A stretch of 64,000 nucleotides of DNA from contig OY970280.1 in NCBI GenBank assembly GCA_963715865.1, positions 704,001 through 768,000 on the forward strand, read 5' to 3'. Below are positions 38,507 to 48,120 of the stretch, in pieces. Both the position numbers and the translations under genes were made by a program. The DNA is from Candidatus Bathyarchaeota archaeon (GTDB taxonomy: Archaea > Thermoproteota > Bathyarchaeia > Bathyarchaeales > Bathycorpusculaceae). How positions within the stretch are numbered: position 1 is the stretch's first letter; the number at the start of each line of letters is the position of its first letter. Below the pieces are notes generated by a model. It ran no database searches. It was not told the DNA's origin and saw nothing but the letters and a program-made list of their open reading frames with translations.

Positions 38507-38905
38507 ATGAGATTTGTTGATGCTAACGTCTTCATTTATGCTATTGTTAAATCCCCTCAAAAGGACCATGAAATTTCCAGAACAATACTGCAAAGGATCG
38601 AAAGCGGCGAAGCAGCGGCCACAAGCTTAGCTGTCATTCAAGAAGTAATCAACTGGTTACAATACAATGGTCGAAAAAGGGAAGTCGGAAGCTTCCTCTT
38701 AGCCATAAACTCATATTTATCAATGAGTAAGCTTTCTACAAATTGGGACAATTTTTTTCCTTCTCTTGAAGACATGTATGGGAAACAGATAGATTTCGTT
38801 GATTCATTAACTTTGCAAATAATGAAGCAGTACAAAATTAACGAAATATACTCAAACGATAAAGATTTCGACAGAATAGAGTGGGTCAAAAGAATCTGGC
38901 AATGA
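38507..38905 (+). CDS. vapC: PIN-domain toxin (VapC)
   Basis: FVDANVFIY, VIQEV, DFVDS, IYSNDKDFD; abuts the antitoxin stop. Confidence 0.88.
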   Translation: MRFVDANVFIYAIVKSPQKDHEISRTILQRIESGEAAATSLAVIQEVINWLQYNGRKREVGSFLLAINSYLSMSKLSTNWDNFFPSLEDMYGKQIDFVDSLTLQIMKQYKINEIYSNDKDFDRIEWVKRIWQ

Positions 38906-38934
38906 AATAATATACATAAGAAACGGTTCTAAAT

Positions 38935-39489
38935 TTAAGCTTTAAACCACTTGAAAATCAAATACTTAATTTTATTTGAACCCAAATCTGGCACAGCAAT
39001 AATAAACCGTTTACGCACCGTCGTAGCCAACCGCCCAGCCTTAACAATCTCAGTGGCTGACATGTCTGAGTCTGCCTTCTTAACGGAAACCGTGTAAGGG
39101 GCATGTTCAACGCCTGGACCGTACTTGTAAACGGCGAAATCGCAGCCAAATTTTATTCCGGGCGTAACAATTAAGCCGCTGTCCCGAAGGTCACGGTAAA
39201 CAGCGTATTTTTCTTCAAACTCATCGTATAACTGTTTAGCTTTTTGTCTAAGCTTTTTGAGGCTAACCCTGCTCTCGCCTGAATTCTCATAAATCACTAT
39301 TTTTTTATTTTCCACAAGGTACAAGCCTTCCATCAAATCCAAAATTAACGGGACATCGAACTCTGGGATTTTTGGTTTAGGAATCCCGAGCGGTTTACCA
39401 TAATATCCTGACTTGTATAATTGGGAGCCATCCGTTGAATCCCACACTACTAAGAAGTTTTCGATGAGTTCAACCTTTATTTTTGGCAT
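38935..39489 (-). CDS. endA: tRNA-intron endonuclease, catalytic subunit
   Basis: PGIKFGCDFAVY, HAPY, VRKR (Tyr/His/Lys triad); GKPLGIPKPK loop. Confidence 0.9.
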   Translation of the reverse strand: MPKIKVELIENFLVVWDSTDGSQLYKSGYYGKPLGIPKPKIPEFDVPLILDLMEGLYLVENKKIVIYENSGESRVSLKKLRQKAKQLYDEFEEKYAVYRDLRDSGLIVTPGIKFGCDFAVYKYGPGVEHAPYTVSVKKADSDMSATEIVKAGRLATTVRKRFIIAVPDLGSNKIKYLIFKWFKA

Positions 39490-39503
39490 TAAAGTCGCTC
39501 TTG

Positions 39504-40163
39504 CTACATGATGAAGGAAAGCATCCGTGCGGCGTCCGCTGCATCTTCAGCTTTGTCAGCGGAGTTTTCTAGCAATTGAAGAACATCTCTTAGAAGCATA
39601 AGCACGGGCACATCAAGTTTACCGCTGAGAACTTTTATGGTTAACGCACGGTACTGGTCGTCAACTATTCGTTCTGCGATTTCCACGTCTTTTGCGCGCT
39701 CCAGGGTTTTTTGTGAACCATAGTTTAGAACCATCATTGTTTCCCTGAGCTTAAGCACCGAGTCCAAAACAGCTAAAGAAAGTTTAAGCAGGTCTTTTTT
39801 GACGTCTGGCGAAATGCTCCAGTTGTGCTCCATTATTTCAACTAGGTAATAAGCGATGCCTTCAGAGAAATCAGCTATTTCGCTTGATAAATTTGTGAAT
39901 CTTAAGAAGTCTTCGCGGGCAATCAGAATGGCACCTATCTCGGCTAGCTCTTGAGAAACCATACGTCTTGCCTTGATAACTTCTTCTTCGCCTGTTCTGA
40001 TTTCGCTGAAGAGTTTCCTTGCGTTTTCTTTATCGCCGCTTGCAAAGTACTCAACAAGTTGAGGGATTTTTCTTGAGACATCTACAACCTTGCGTAAGTT
40101 ATCTTGGCAAGCGTTTAGGGCTCTCCTTTTCACGCGCTCTTCTGTTTCTGATGGAAGTACCAC
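39504..40163 (-). CDS. DUF47 / PhoU-like helical protein
   Basis: REDFLRF, IAERIVDDQYR, LENSADKAEDAAD. Confidence 0.75.
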   Translation of the reverse strand: MVLPSETEERVKRRALNACQDNLRKVVDVSRKIPQLVEYFASGDKENARKLFSEIRTGEEEVIKARRMVSQELAEIGAILIAREDFLRFTNLSSEIADFSEGIAYYLVEIMEHNWSISPDVKKDLLKLSLAVLDSVLKLRETMMVLNYGSQKTLERAKDVEIAERIVDDQYRALTIKVLSGKLDVPVLMLLRDVLQLLENSADKAEDAADAARMLSFIM

Positions 40164-40234
40164 TTGTTCCCCCGCCTATAACTATCCCTGACTTATGATG
40201 TTATTATTCTGTGTGTATTAAAAAAGTTAGCTAC

Positions 40235-42010
40235 TTAACTTTTGATAATGCTTCCTAATTGTTCAAAGTTTACTTTTCCTTCAAAGTACTTATGCAATTG
40301 CTTTGGTAAGTCTTTGATTGCGCAACGGACTTGCTGCCAAGAATCCCGGTCTCGTATGGTTACTGTGTCATCGCTTAACGTATCATAGTCAATGGTTATT
40401 CCCAATTGAACGCCAGCTTCGTCAGCTCTTGCGTACCGTCTGCCGATGGAGCCTGTTTCGTCAAATTCAACCATGAAACCCTCATTCGCCAGCAACCTTT
40501 GCACTTCCGACGCTTTAGTGTCTAAGCCGTCTTTGCTCATTAAGGGGTAAACGCCAACTTGCACTGGTGCAATACTTCTGGGAAAACTCATGACAACTCG
40601 GTCGTCTTTAATGCCGTAAGCGTACTCTAATGCCACGTAAAAGAGCCTGTCAGAGCCAAAACTGGGTTCTACCACGTGCGGTATGAAGCGGGTGCCGCGG
40701 ACAATAGTTTTTTGACGGCTAATGTCCACTTGCTCAGGTTTGACTTCATAGTTTTCAACCATAAAGTAACCTTGCTTTTGCATGGCATCAGCAACCTCTT
40801 GGGCAGGAACTTTAGCAAGCAGCGCAGCAACTTTTGAGGCTTCATTCTTGTATACTGGACCAAGCTTAGCCATAATGGGCTTCACGACAAGCTCTTCTTT
40901 TTCCACTGGATTAGCGTATTCTTTGTAAACGCTCATGTCAACACCGCTGGCTTTCATATGGCATGACAAATCGTAATCTGTGCGGTAAGCGTGTCCGGAG
41001 ACTTCTACCCAGCCCCAACGGTCAACTAGGACCTCTTGGTCGAAGCTCTGGCTCGAGTAATGCGCTTTTTCCCAAGTAAGTTTTTCGATGAACCGCTGTT
41101 TCTCCGCTGGCACGCCAATTTCAATTAAGAGTTTTTTAGCCATCGCCATGAAAAAGGCTTGCCATTCTGAACGGATTATTTTCCGGTCAAGCGCTTCCCT
41201 AACCGTTAGGTCTGTTGTGTCCTCACATTCTTTAAGCCTTGTTTCGCATAGGAGAATGGGCAATACTTCGTTTTCCACTTCTGGAAGCAAATGGCAGCAT
41301 GGCTCTTCAGGGTCAAAGAAGAACTCTAAATCAGCAATCGTGAACTCTCTTAGCCTAATCAAGCCTTGCCTAGGCGAAATCTCATTACGCAAAGCGTGAC
41401 CTATCTGGATAACTCCAAAAGGAAGCCTTTCCCGTGCCACAGTGTAGAGGCGGTTGAACTCAACGAAAATATTTTGTGCAGCTTCAGGACGCCCATAACC
41501 AACCGCACTCGAGTAAGGTCCAATAGTGGTTTCAAACATTGTTAAGAACTGCTGTGGCTCTCCAAATTTGCCACCGCAGTCGGGGCATAAAATGCCATGG
41601 CGCTCGATTTCTTCTTTAATTTCGTTTAAAATCATTTTTTCAGCTTCAGCCGAGCTAATGCCTGCTTTTTCCTCAAGCAAATGGTCAGCTCGAAAACGAC
41701 CGTGACAGTTTTGGCATTCTACCATTGGCTCTTTGAAATGGTCCACGTGGCCTGACGCTTCGAAAACTTTTTCGGGCGCAATTACGGATGATTCCATTTC
41801 GTAAATCCCAATTTTTTTAACGAAAAGCTCTCTAAGCTTAGCCTCAATATTCTGTTTCAACCTTGCGCCAAGGGGACCGTAAGTTACAAAGCCGCCGCTA
41901 CCACCGTAAATTTCAAAAGACGGCCAATAAAATCCTCTGCGTCGCGCTAACTCGTTTATGGCAGTGAACTTATCGCATTCTGGTTTTGCACATTTTACTT
42001 CGTCGTTCAA
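40235..42010 (-). CDS. glyQS: glycine--tRNA ligase (archaeal/eukaryotic type)
   Basis: RRGFYW, RPEAAQNIF, RNEISPRQGLIRLREF, PHVVEPSFG, SIGRRYARADEAG. Confidence 0.95.
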   Translation of the reverse strand: MNDEVKCAKPECDKFTAINELARRRGFYWPSFEIYGGSGGFVTYGPLGARLKQNIEAKLRELFVKKIGIYEMESSVIAPEKVFEASGHVDHFKEPMVECQNCHGRFRADHLLEEKAGISSAEAEKMILNEIKEEIERHGILCPDCGGKFGEPQQFLTMFETTIGPYSSAVGYGRPEAAQNIFVEFNRLYTVARERLPFGVIQIGHALRNEISPRQGLIRLREFTIADLEFFFDPEEPCCHLLPEVENEVLPILLCETRLKECEDTTDLTVREALDRKIIRSEWQAFFMAMAKKLLIEIGVPAEKQRFIEKLTWEKAHYSSQSFDQEVLVDRWGWVEVSGHAYRTDYDLSCHMKASGVDMSVYKEYANPVEKEELVVKPIMAKLGPVYKNEASKVAALLAKVPAQEVADAMQKQGYFMVENYEVKPEQVDISRQKTIVRGTRFIPHVVEPSFGSDRLFYVALEYAYGIKDDRVVMSFPRSIAPVQVGVYPLMSKDGLDTKASEVQRLLANEGFMVEFDETGSIGRRYARADEAGVQLGITIDYDTLSDDTVTIRDRDSWQQVRCAIKDLPKQLHKYFEGKVNFEQLGSIIKS

Positions 42011-42334
42011 TTTTGTTTACCTTTTTTAAGCTTAGTACTGTGAGTAGATTAAAAGGTTACTAACGAATTAGCATGGTTATTCAAGCGATAGAAAGCAAAA
42101 TTTTGGAATAGAGACGACGTTGCTTGGATTTTTTTTCCGCTTATTTTTAACTTAGTTGGAACAACCTTAGAGCATGCAATTTTTTTTAATACGTATGTCA
42201 GTGTCCTGAATTCGAAAAAAAAATTTATTAAATCTAGCGCTTGTTTGAAGGACTAGGCATAAATTTATAAATAAATTCAGGATAAATAATAACTCGGATA
42301 GATACTATCCATAAATTTAAGGAGAAAAAGAAAA

Positions 42335-45040
42335 ATGCAAAAGCTAAAAGGTAAAACTATGGCTATTATGATTGCAGTACTTTTAACAGTTTCAATGGGA
42401 GCTTCAACGATGCTAGTGCCAAATGCTGGTGCACATACACCAGCAGTGACATATCCGACATATTCTTTCATGAGCGTTTCACCAAACCCTGTTGGCGTAG
42501 GCCAAACAGTCCGCGTCAACTTCTGGGTCAACTTACCACCACCAACAGCGAGCGCACAGTACGGCGACAGATGGACAAACATGAGTGTTTATGTTACAGC
42601 GCCTGACGGGACCACTACCAAAATAGGTACATATACTTCGGATGACACAGGAGGAACATCAACTACCTACACGCCTACCGTAGTCGGCAACTACACTTTC
42701 CAGATGAAATTTGGTGGAGAAACATTGGCAGGCAACAACCTCTCTCCAGGGACTCCTACATCCGCTTACCCAGAAATTGGCGATTACTATGGACCTAGCG
42801 ACAGCAATGTATTTACGGTGACAGTGCAACAGGAACAAATATCTTATCCTCCAGTAGTTCCGCTTCCAACCAACTATTGGACTCGCCCGATTTACGGCGA
42901 GAACAACGGATGGTATTCAATTGCTGGAAACTGGCTTGGTCTTGCTGCCTCGACGTTTGCTGCTACTGGAATGTACAATGCTACTGGAAACTATAATCCG
43001 TATACTACAGCGCCAAACACTGCTCACATTCTGTGGACTAAGGCTGAGGCGTTCGGAGGCATAATCGGAGGAGAATTCGGCAGTAGCGAAACAGCTAACT
43101 ACTATGCGACTTCGCAGTATGAACCAAAGTTCGCACCGATAATCATGCAAGGCATTCTCTACTACACTTTGTATCCGGGCGCTTCAACTTACCCTGAAGG
43201 GTGGGTTGCAGTAGACTTGCACACTGGACAAACGTTATGGACGAAGACTGAAGCTCAAGTTAACGGTGAGGTTTTAAGATGCGGTCAAATACTCAATATG
43301 ATCACACCCAACCAGTACGGAGCCGAAGCATTCTTGTGGGCTGAACCGGCAAGTGGAGCTGGCTTTATGGCTTCGCCTTCGTATTACTCGATGTACGATG
43401 CAATGACAGGAAACTGGATACTTAACATTACCAACGACTATATTCCTGGTGCCTACCCTGGCGAGCCATCAGCCTCAATCACACTTCCTTTAATGACACT
43501 TACAGAAGATAACCACGGAGACTTGATAGGCTACTACGTTGACTCCACTAACCCATATGCACCAACGCTGAACATGTGGAACTCAACCGTAGACATCAAT
43601 CTATATGTAGCTAACTACGCTGGCGGTCCACCAGTTGCAGATCAATGGATGTGGAGACCTCCACAAGGCGGACAAATCGCCTTTGTTAACGGAACTAAAG
43701 TATTGAGTGCACTGCCCATTGTAGACACTTCAGGCAATCCATTAGTTATCATGGAAAGCATGTTCGGTTATACTTTTCCTGCATATTTGCTAGGGATTTC
43801 AGCAGTTCAGAGCGGCGTAGTATACTTATCAGGATCAACTGCTGGTTCATCTTTCCTCTACCAATCTGGTTGGATGGAGGAAGCAGGCTTCAGTGCAACA
43901 GATGGCTCACTGCTATGGGGCGTAACTAATCGGACCGAAGTACCATATTCCATCGTATACTCTGGTGGCGTATGGTCTGGAAGCGGCGCTTACGTAGAAC
44001 TCACGGAATCCACACTGTCAATCAGCGGTTACAGTCTCACCACAGGCAAACAGCTATGGGGACCAACTGCGCTTCCAAACGCTAGTCCCTTCAGTTCACT
44101 CGGAGCAAACGCTATTGTCGCTAATGGCTCAATTTACATATGGATGTACGGAGGAGACGTTTATTCCTATAACATCGTTACTGGCGCTAAGAACTGGGAA
44201 TATCACACTCCACCAGGCGGCTACGAATCTCCCTATGGTGTAGAACCCATATGGACTTTCACCGTAGGATCAATCGCTGATGGCAAGCTGTTCGTTCCTG
44301 AAGGTCACATGTACAGTCCGCCACTATTCCACAAAGCGCAGCAGCTAGCGTTGAATCTCACTAACGGCAAGGTAGTATGGAGTATTGATGCTTTCGACGT
44401 TACTAGTGGTCCAGCTATTTCAGACGGCGTCATGACAACGCTAAATGCCTATGACAACCAGATATACGCCTATGGCAAAGGACCGAGCGCTATGACTGTT
44501 ACGGCACCTGACATTGGCGTTACAACCGCCACACCAGTGACGATAAGAGGTACAGTTACTGACATCTCTGCCGGCTCACAACAAGAAGCACAAGCAGCGA
44601 ACTTTCCAAGCGGTCTTCCATGCGTATCTGACGCAAGCATGACTGGTTGGATGGAGTACGTTTACATGCAGCAACCCTGCCCAACAAACGTGACTGGTGT
44701 TCCAGTTACCCTAAGCGTTCTTGACTCTAACCACAACTACAGACAAATCGGCAGCACAACAAGCGACGGAACCGGCATGTTCACTTTCACTTGGACACCT
44801 GACATACCCGGCGATTATACTGTAGTCGCTAACTTTGCAGGTTCCGAGTCGTACTATCCATCGAACGCCGAAACATCTTTCACTGCAAGCAGTCCAGCAC
44901 CAACAGCAGCACCAACCGTTGTACCTCAAGCAAACCTAGCAACAACAACAGACCTAATGACGTACATGGTCGCTTCAGTAATCGCTATAATCATTGCAAT
45001 AGCCATAGTCGGCATACTACTGCTCAGAAAAAGGCCATAA
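42335..45040 (+). CDS. large cell-surface protein with PQQ-like beta-propeller repeats and C-terminal TM anchor
   Basis: Signal peptide; repeats VAVDLHTGQTLWT, YSYNIVTGAKNWEY, ALNLTNGKVVWS; Ig-like flanks; terminal TM + RKRP. Confidence 0.8.
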   Translation: MQKLKGKTMAIMIAVLLTVSMGASTMLVPNAGAHTPAVTYPTYSFMSVSPNPVGVGQTVRVNFWVNLPPPTASAQYGDRWTNMSVYVTAPDGTTTKIGTYTSDDTGGTSTTYTPTVVGNYTFQMKFGGETLAGNNLSPGTPTSAYPEIGDYYGPSDSNVFTVTVQQEQISYPPVVPLPTNYWTRPIYGENNGWYSIAGNWLGLAASTFAATGMYNATGNYNPYTTAPNTAHILWTKAEAFGGIIGGEFGSSETANYYATSQYEPKFAPIIMQGILYYTLYPGASTYPEGWVAVDLHTGQTLWTKTEAQVNGEVLRCGQILNMITPNQYGAEAFLWAEPASGAGFMASPSYYSMYDAMTGNWILNITNDYIPGAYPGEPSASITLPLMTLTEDNHGDLIGYYVDSTNPYAPTLNMWNSTVDINLYVANYAGGPPVADQWMWRPPQGGQIAFVNGTKVLSALPIVDTSGNPLVIMESMFGYTFPAYLLGISAVQSGVVYLSGSTAGSSFLYQSGWMEEAGFSATDGSLLWGVTNRTEVPYSIVYSGGVWSGSGAYVELTESTLSISGYSLTTGKQLWGPTALPNASPFSSLGANAIVANGSIYIWMYGGDVYSYNIVTGAKNWEYHTPPGGYESPYGVEPIWTFTVGSIADGKLFVPEGHMYSPPLFHKAQQLALNLTNGKVVWSIDAFDVTSGPAISDGVMTTLNAYDNQIYAYGKGPSAMTVTAPDIGVTTATPVTIRGTVTDISAGSQQEAQAANFPSGLPCVSDASMTGWMEYVYMQQPCPTNVTGVPVTLSVLDSNHNYRQIGSTTSDGTGMFTFTWTPDIPGDYTVVANFAGSESYYPSNAETSFTASSPAPTAAPTVVPQANLATTTDLMTYMVASVIAIIIAIAIVGILLLRKRP

Positions 45041-45060
45041 AAAACAAGCAATAAACCAAT

Positions 45061-45083
45061 CCCTTTTTCCTTTTTTTGTTTTT
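45061..45083 (+). terminator. oligo-T terminator
   Basis: CCCTTTTTCCTTTTTTTGTTTTT 20 nt after stop 45040. Confidence 0.6.
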
Positions 45084-45190
45084 AAATAAATTCTCAATTA
45101 ACTATTGCTGATTACGCAAACTTCTCAAACATGTCCTTCCCACTCCAATTTCTTGGAAACGCTTAAAACTATCTGTTGATATTTTAGCGG

Positions 45191-46588
45191 TTGAATAGGA
45201 GAAATGGTCTTTTGGTCTCGGCAGAAAAAGGCAAACTTACAGTTGATGAGTTACTTGCGAAAGCCAAAAAGCCTGCGCAGTTAGCTTCTTCAATGCACAG
45301 GTTTTATGAGGGAAAGATGCAGGTTATTCCTAAATGCGCTGTTAGAAACGTGGATGATTTTGCCATTTGGTATACTCCAGGAGTGGCTGCGCCGTGCCGG
45401 GAAATCCAGGCAGACCCTGACAAATCGTTTGAGTTAACAAACCGCTGGAATTACGTAGCAGTGATTTCAGATGGAACCCGTGTTTTAGGTTTAGGCGACA
45501 TTGGCCCTGAAGCGGCGTTGCCCGTGATGGAGGGAAAAGCACTTTTATTCAAGTATTTAGGCGGCGTTGACGCGTTCCCCATCTGCCTTAGAACAAAAGA
45601 TCCAAACGAAATAGTTAAGATTTGTAAAGCTCTTGAGCCGTCTTTCGGCGGCATTAACCTTGAAGATATTGAGAAACCGAAATGTTTTCATGTTCTTGAG
45701 AAAACCCGTGAACAGCTAAACATTCCTGTTTGGCATGACGACCAGCAGGGAACCGCCACTGTAATCTTGGCTGGCTTGATTAACGCTTTCAAAATCGTAG
45801 GCAAAAAACCACAAGAAAGCCTAATAACACTGGTTGGTTCTGGAGCAGCAAACATTAGGACTGCTTATGTCCTCATGCGATGGGGGGTTAAACCAGGCAA
45901 CATAACACTTGTTGATAGCAAAGGTGTCATTCATAAAAACAGAAAAGACATCACCAAAGAAGAAGACCCATGGAAATACGATGTTACGCAGAAAACTAAC
46001 GCTGAAGGCAGAACCGGCGACCTAGCAGAAGCATTCAAAGGAGTAGACGCTGTCGTGGCTGCTTCAAAACCAGGTCCAGGCACAATAAAGAAAGAATGGA
46101 TTAAAACAATGTCAAATGATTCAATAATCTTTGCATGCGCTAATCCAATACCAGAAATTTGGCCATGGGACGCCGAGGAAGCAGGAGCCCGAATTGTAGC
46201 TACAGGTAGAAGCGACTTTCCCAATCAAGTGAACAATAGCCTAGGATTTCCAGGAATTTTCCGAGGCGTCTTAGACGTGAAGGCAAAAACTGTAACAGAT
46301 GACATGTGTATTGCAGCAGCGCAGGAACTGGCAAATTACGCTCAAGAACGTGGAATAAGTGAAAAGGATATTTTGCCGAGAATGGACGAGTGGGAAGTTT
46401 TTCCCAGAGAAGCGGTTGCATGCGCATTAAAATCAATCGAGCAAGGTGTAGCACGGGTTAAGCTTAGTAAGAAAGAATTGTATGAGCGCGCTTCCGCCAT
46501 TATTCAGAATGCTAGGCAATCAACTGAGTTATTGATGAAGCATGGTTTAATTAGGCAGCCTCCAACAGAAGCCGACCTTTTGAAATAA
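45191..46588 (+). CDS. NAD(P)-dependent malic enzyme
   Basis: YTPGVA, GPEAALPVMEGK, INLEDI, HDDQQGTA, GSGAA, ACANP, NQVNNSLGFPG. Confidence 0.93.
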   Translation: MNRRNGLLVSAEKGKLTVDELLAKAKKPAQLASSMHRFYEGKMQVIPKCAVRNVDDFAIWYTPGVAAPCREIQADPDKSFELTNRWNYVAVISDGTRVLGLGDIGPEAALPVMEGKALLFKYLGGVDAFPICLRTKDPNEIVKICKALEPSFGGINLEDIEKPKCFHVLEKTREQLNIPVWHDDQQGTATVILAGLINAFKIVGKKPQESLITLVGSGAANIRTAYVLMRWGVKPGNITLVDSKGVIHKNRKDITKEEDPWKYDVTQKTNAEGRTGDLAEAFKGVDAVVAASKPGPGTIKKEWIKTMSNDSIIFACANPIPEIWPWDAEEAGARIVATGRSDFPNQVNNSLGFPGIFRGVLDVKAKTVTDDMCIAAAQELANYAQERGISEKDILPRMDEWEVFPREAVACALKSIEQGVARVKLSKKELYERASAIIQNARQSTELLMKHGLIRQPPTEADLLK

Positions 46589-46693
46589 TTCGGCACGGAA
46601 AAAATCCTGCCTATTTTTTCTTTAAAATTTAGAGGTAAATATGGAAAGTTATTTAAGGGTAAATTTGAAGTAGTGAAGAAAAGTGAATAACGT

Positions 46694-47278
46694 ATGCGTT
46701 CAGATTATACACTATATGCATTAGCAGTTGTATTCTTTGCGATAACCATAGTTTCTGCGGTTTCGCTTACAGGAACAGACCAAACCATCTGGATTGTAAC
46801 CTCAGGCTTGTTAGGAATCCTTTCCCTCAGCTTAGGCTTCATTCAAAGACCAAAATCTACAACGCAAACTAACCAGCCGTCACCAACGCCGGCAACAGCA
46901 ACGCCAGCACCCCAACCGACAGAAACTGCAACGCTTGACACCCCAAAAGAAGAAGAAAAAATGCCTCCTCAAACAGTTCCAGCTACTGAAGCTCAAGTAA
47001 TTCAAGAGTCAGTAGTCACTGCGGTGCAGCCTGCAATGCCTGAACCTCCAGCCAACACAGTATCTTCCGGAGAAGCCAACGAGCCTTCAGTGGGGTCTGT
47101 TTTAACTGAGGTCAGTGGAATTGGAGAAAAAAGAGCAAGTCAACTTAAAGCTTTAGGCATAAACAATGTTGATGATTTGGCGAAAGCGTCAGTTGAAGAC
47201 TTAGCTAAGAGTTTGAAGGTTTCACCTAAAATCGTAGCTAAATGGGTTGCAAGTGCAAAACAGCTTTTACAAAAATAA
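46694..47278 (+). CDS. membrane-anchored protein with Pro/Thr linker and HhH domain
   Basis: Two TM helices; LTEVSGIGEKRASQLKALGI. Confidence 0.7.
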   Translation: MRSDYTLYALAVVFFAITIVSAVSLTGTDQTIWIVTSGLLGILSLSLGFIQRPKSTTQTNQPSPTPATATPAPQPTETATLDTPKEEEKMPPQTVPATEAQVIQESVVTAVQPAMPEPPANTVSSGEANEPSVGSVLTEVSGIGEKRASQLKALGINNVDDLAKASVEDLAKSLKVSPKIVAKWVASAKQLLQK

Positions 47279-47289
47279 AAAATTTGAGT

Positions 47290-47559
47290 TTAAAGCGGCG
47301 TTATTTTTATTATATTTCTTTTTTCAAGCCTTCGCAGTGCGTCTAAGCACTCGTCTTTTTTCTCGCCAGTAATGTTAAGGTTAAGCATTATGTCTTTAAC
47401 TGTAACTCCGGGTTTGCCAAAATTTTCATGCCGCTTGTAGAGGTGACGGACAATCGATTTTTCAAGTTTACCGCATCGCCAAGTAGTGTTGCGGATTAAA
47501 ACAACGATGGTTCGGACAAGTGTCTGCTCGTTTGATTTTCTTCCACGGGAATCTCCCAT
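47290..47559 (-). CDS. small winged-helix-like protein
   Basis: ATG 47559; GVTVKDIMLNL...CLDALRRLEKRNIIKI. Confidence 0.55.
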   Translation of the reverse strand: MGDSRGRKSNEQTLVRTIVVLIRNTTWRCGKLEKSIVRHLYKRHENFGKPGVTVKDIMLNLNITGEKKDECLDALRRLEKRNIIKITPL

Positions 47560-47651
47560 CTCTCCCCACCACAAGAAGTAAACTGCATCATGGTTTTTAA
47601 ACGTTTGTTCCTCAGTGGAGTGAGGGCTGTAATTTGGGGAGAAGCGATTTT

Positions 47652-48101
47652 TTATAGGGTTTTTTTGAGGTATAAACCGTGGGTTTTGCCGTAGTATTTT
47701 TCTAGTCTGCCGATTTTTTGGTATCCGCTGTTTTGGTAGAGTTTTAACGCGGCTTTGTTGTCTTCGCGGACTTCTAAGTGGCATTCTGTTATACCTTTCT
47801 GTTTGAAGATGTCTTCTATTTCCTTGAGCAGTTTAGTTGCGATTCCTTTTCGCCGGTAGTGTGGCGCAACGTTTATGGTTATTATGTGCCCGTAAAGTAT
47901 GTTATTTTCTATTTCTACTTGTGCTATTACGAATCCTGCTATGTCGCTGTCTGCTTTGGCTACTAACGCGATGGTGTTGTAGTCTGTTAGTAAGTAGGCT
48001 ATTTGCCGTTTTGTGAAGGCTTCTTGGTCAAAGCATTGCCCTTCAATTTCAAAGAGCTTGTCGAGTAGCCTGATGGATGCGGTTTCAATTTTTATTTCCA
48101 T
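47652..48101 (-). CDS. rimI: RimI-like N-acetyltransferase
   Basis: HIITINVAPHYRRKGIA, LEVREDNKAALKLY, YYG. Confidence 0.85.
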   Translation of the reverse strand: MEIKIETASIRLLDKLFEIEGQCFDQEAFTKRQIAYLLTDYNTIALVAKADSDIAGFVIAQVEIENNILYGHIITINVAPHYRRKGIATKLLKEIEDIFKQKGITECHLEVREDNKAALKLYQNSGYQKIGRLEKYYGKTHGLYLKKTL

Positions 48102-48120
48102 TTTGTAGTCTTAAGAGTAA

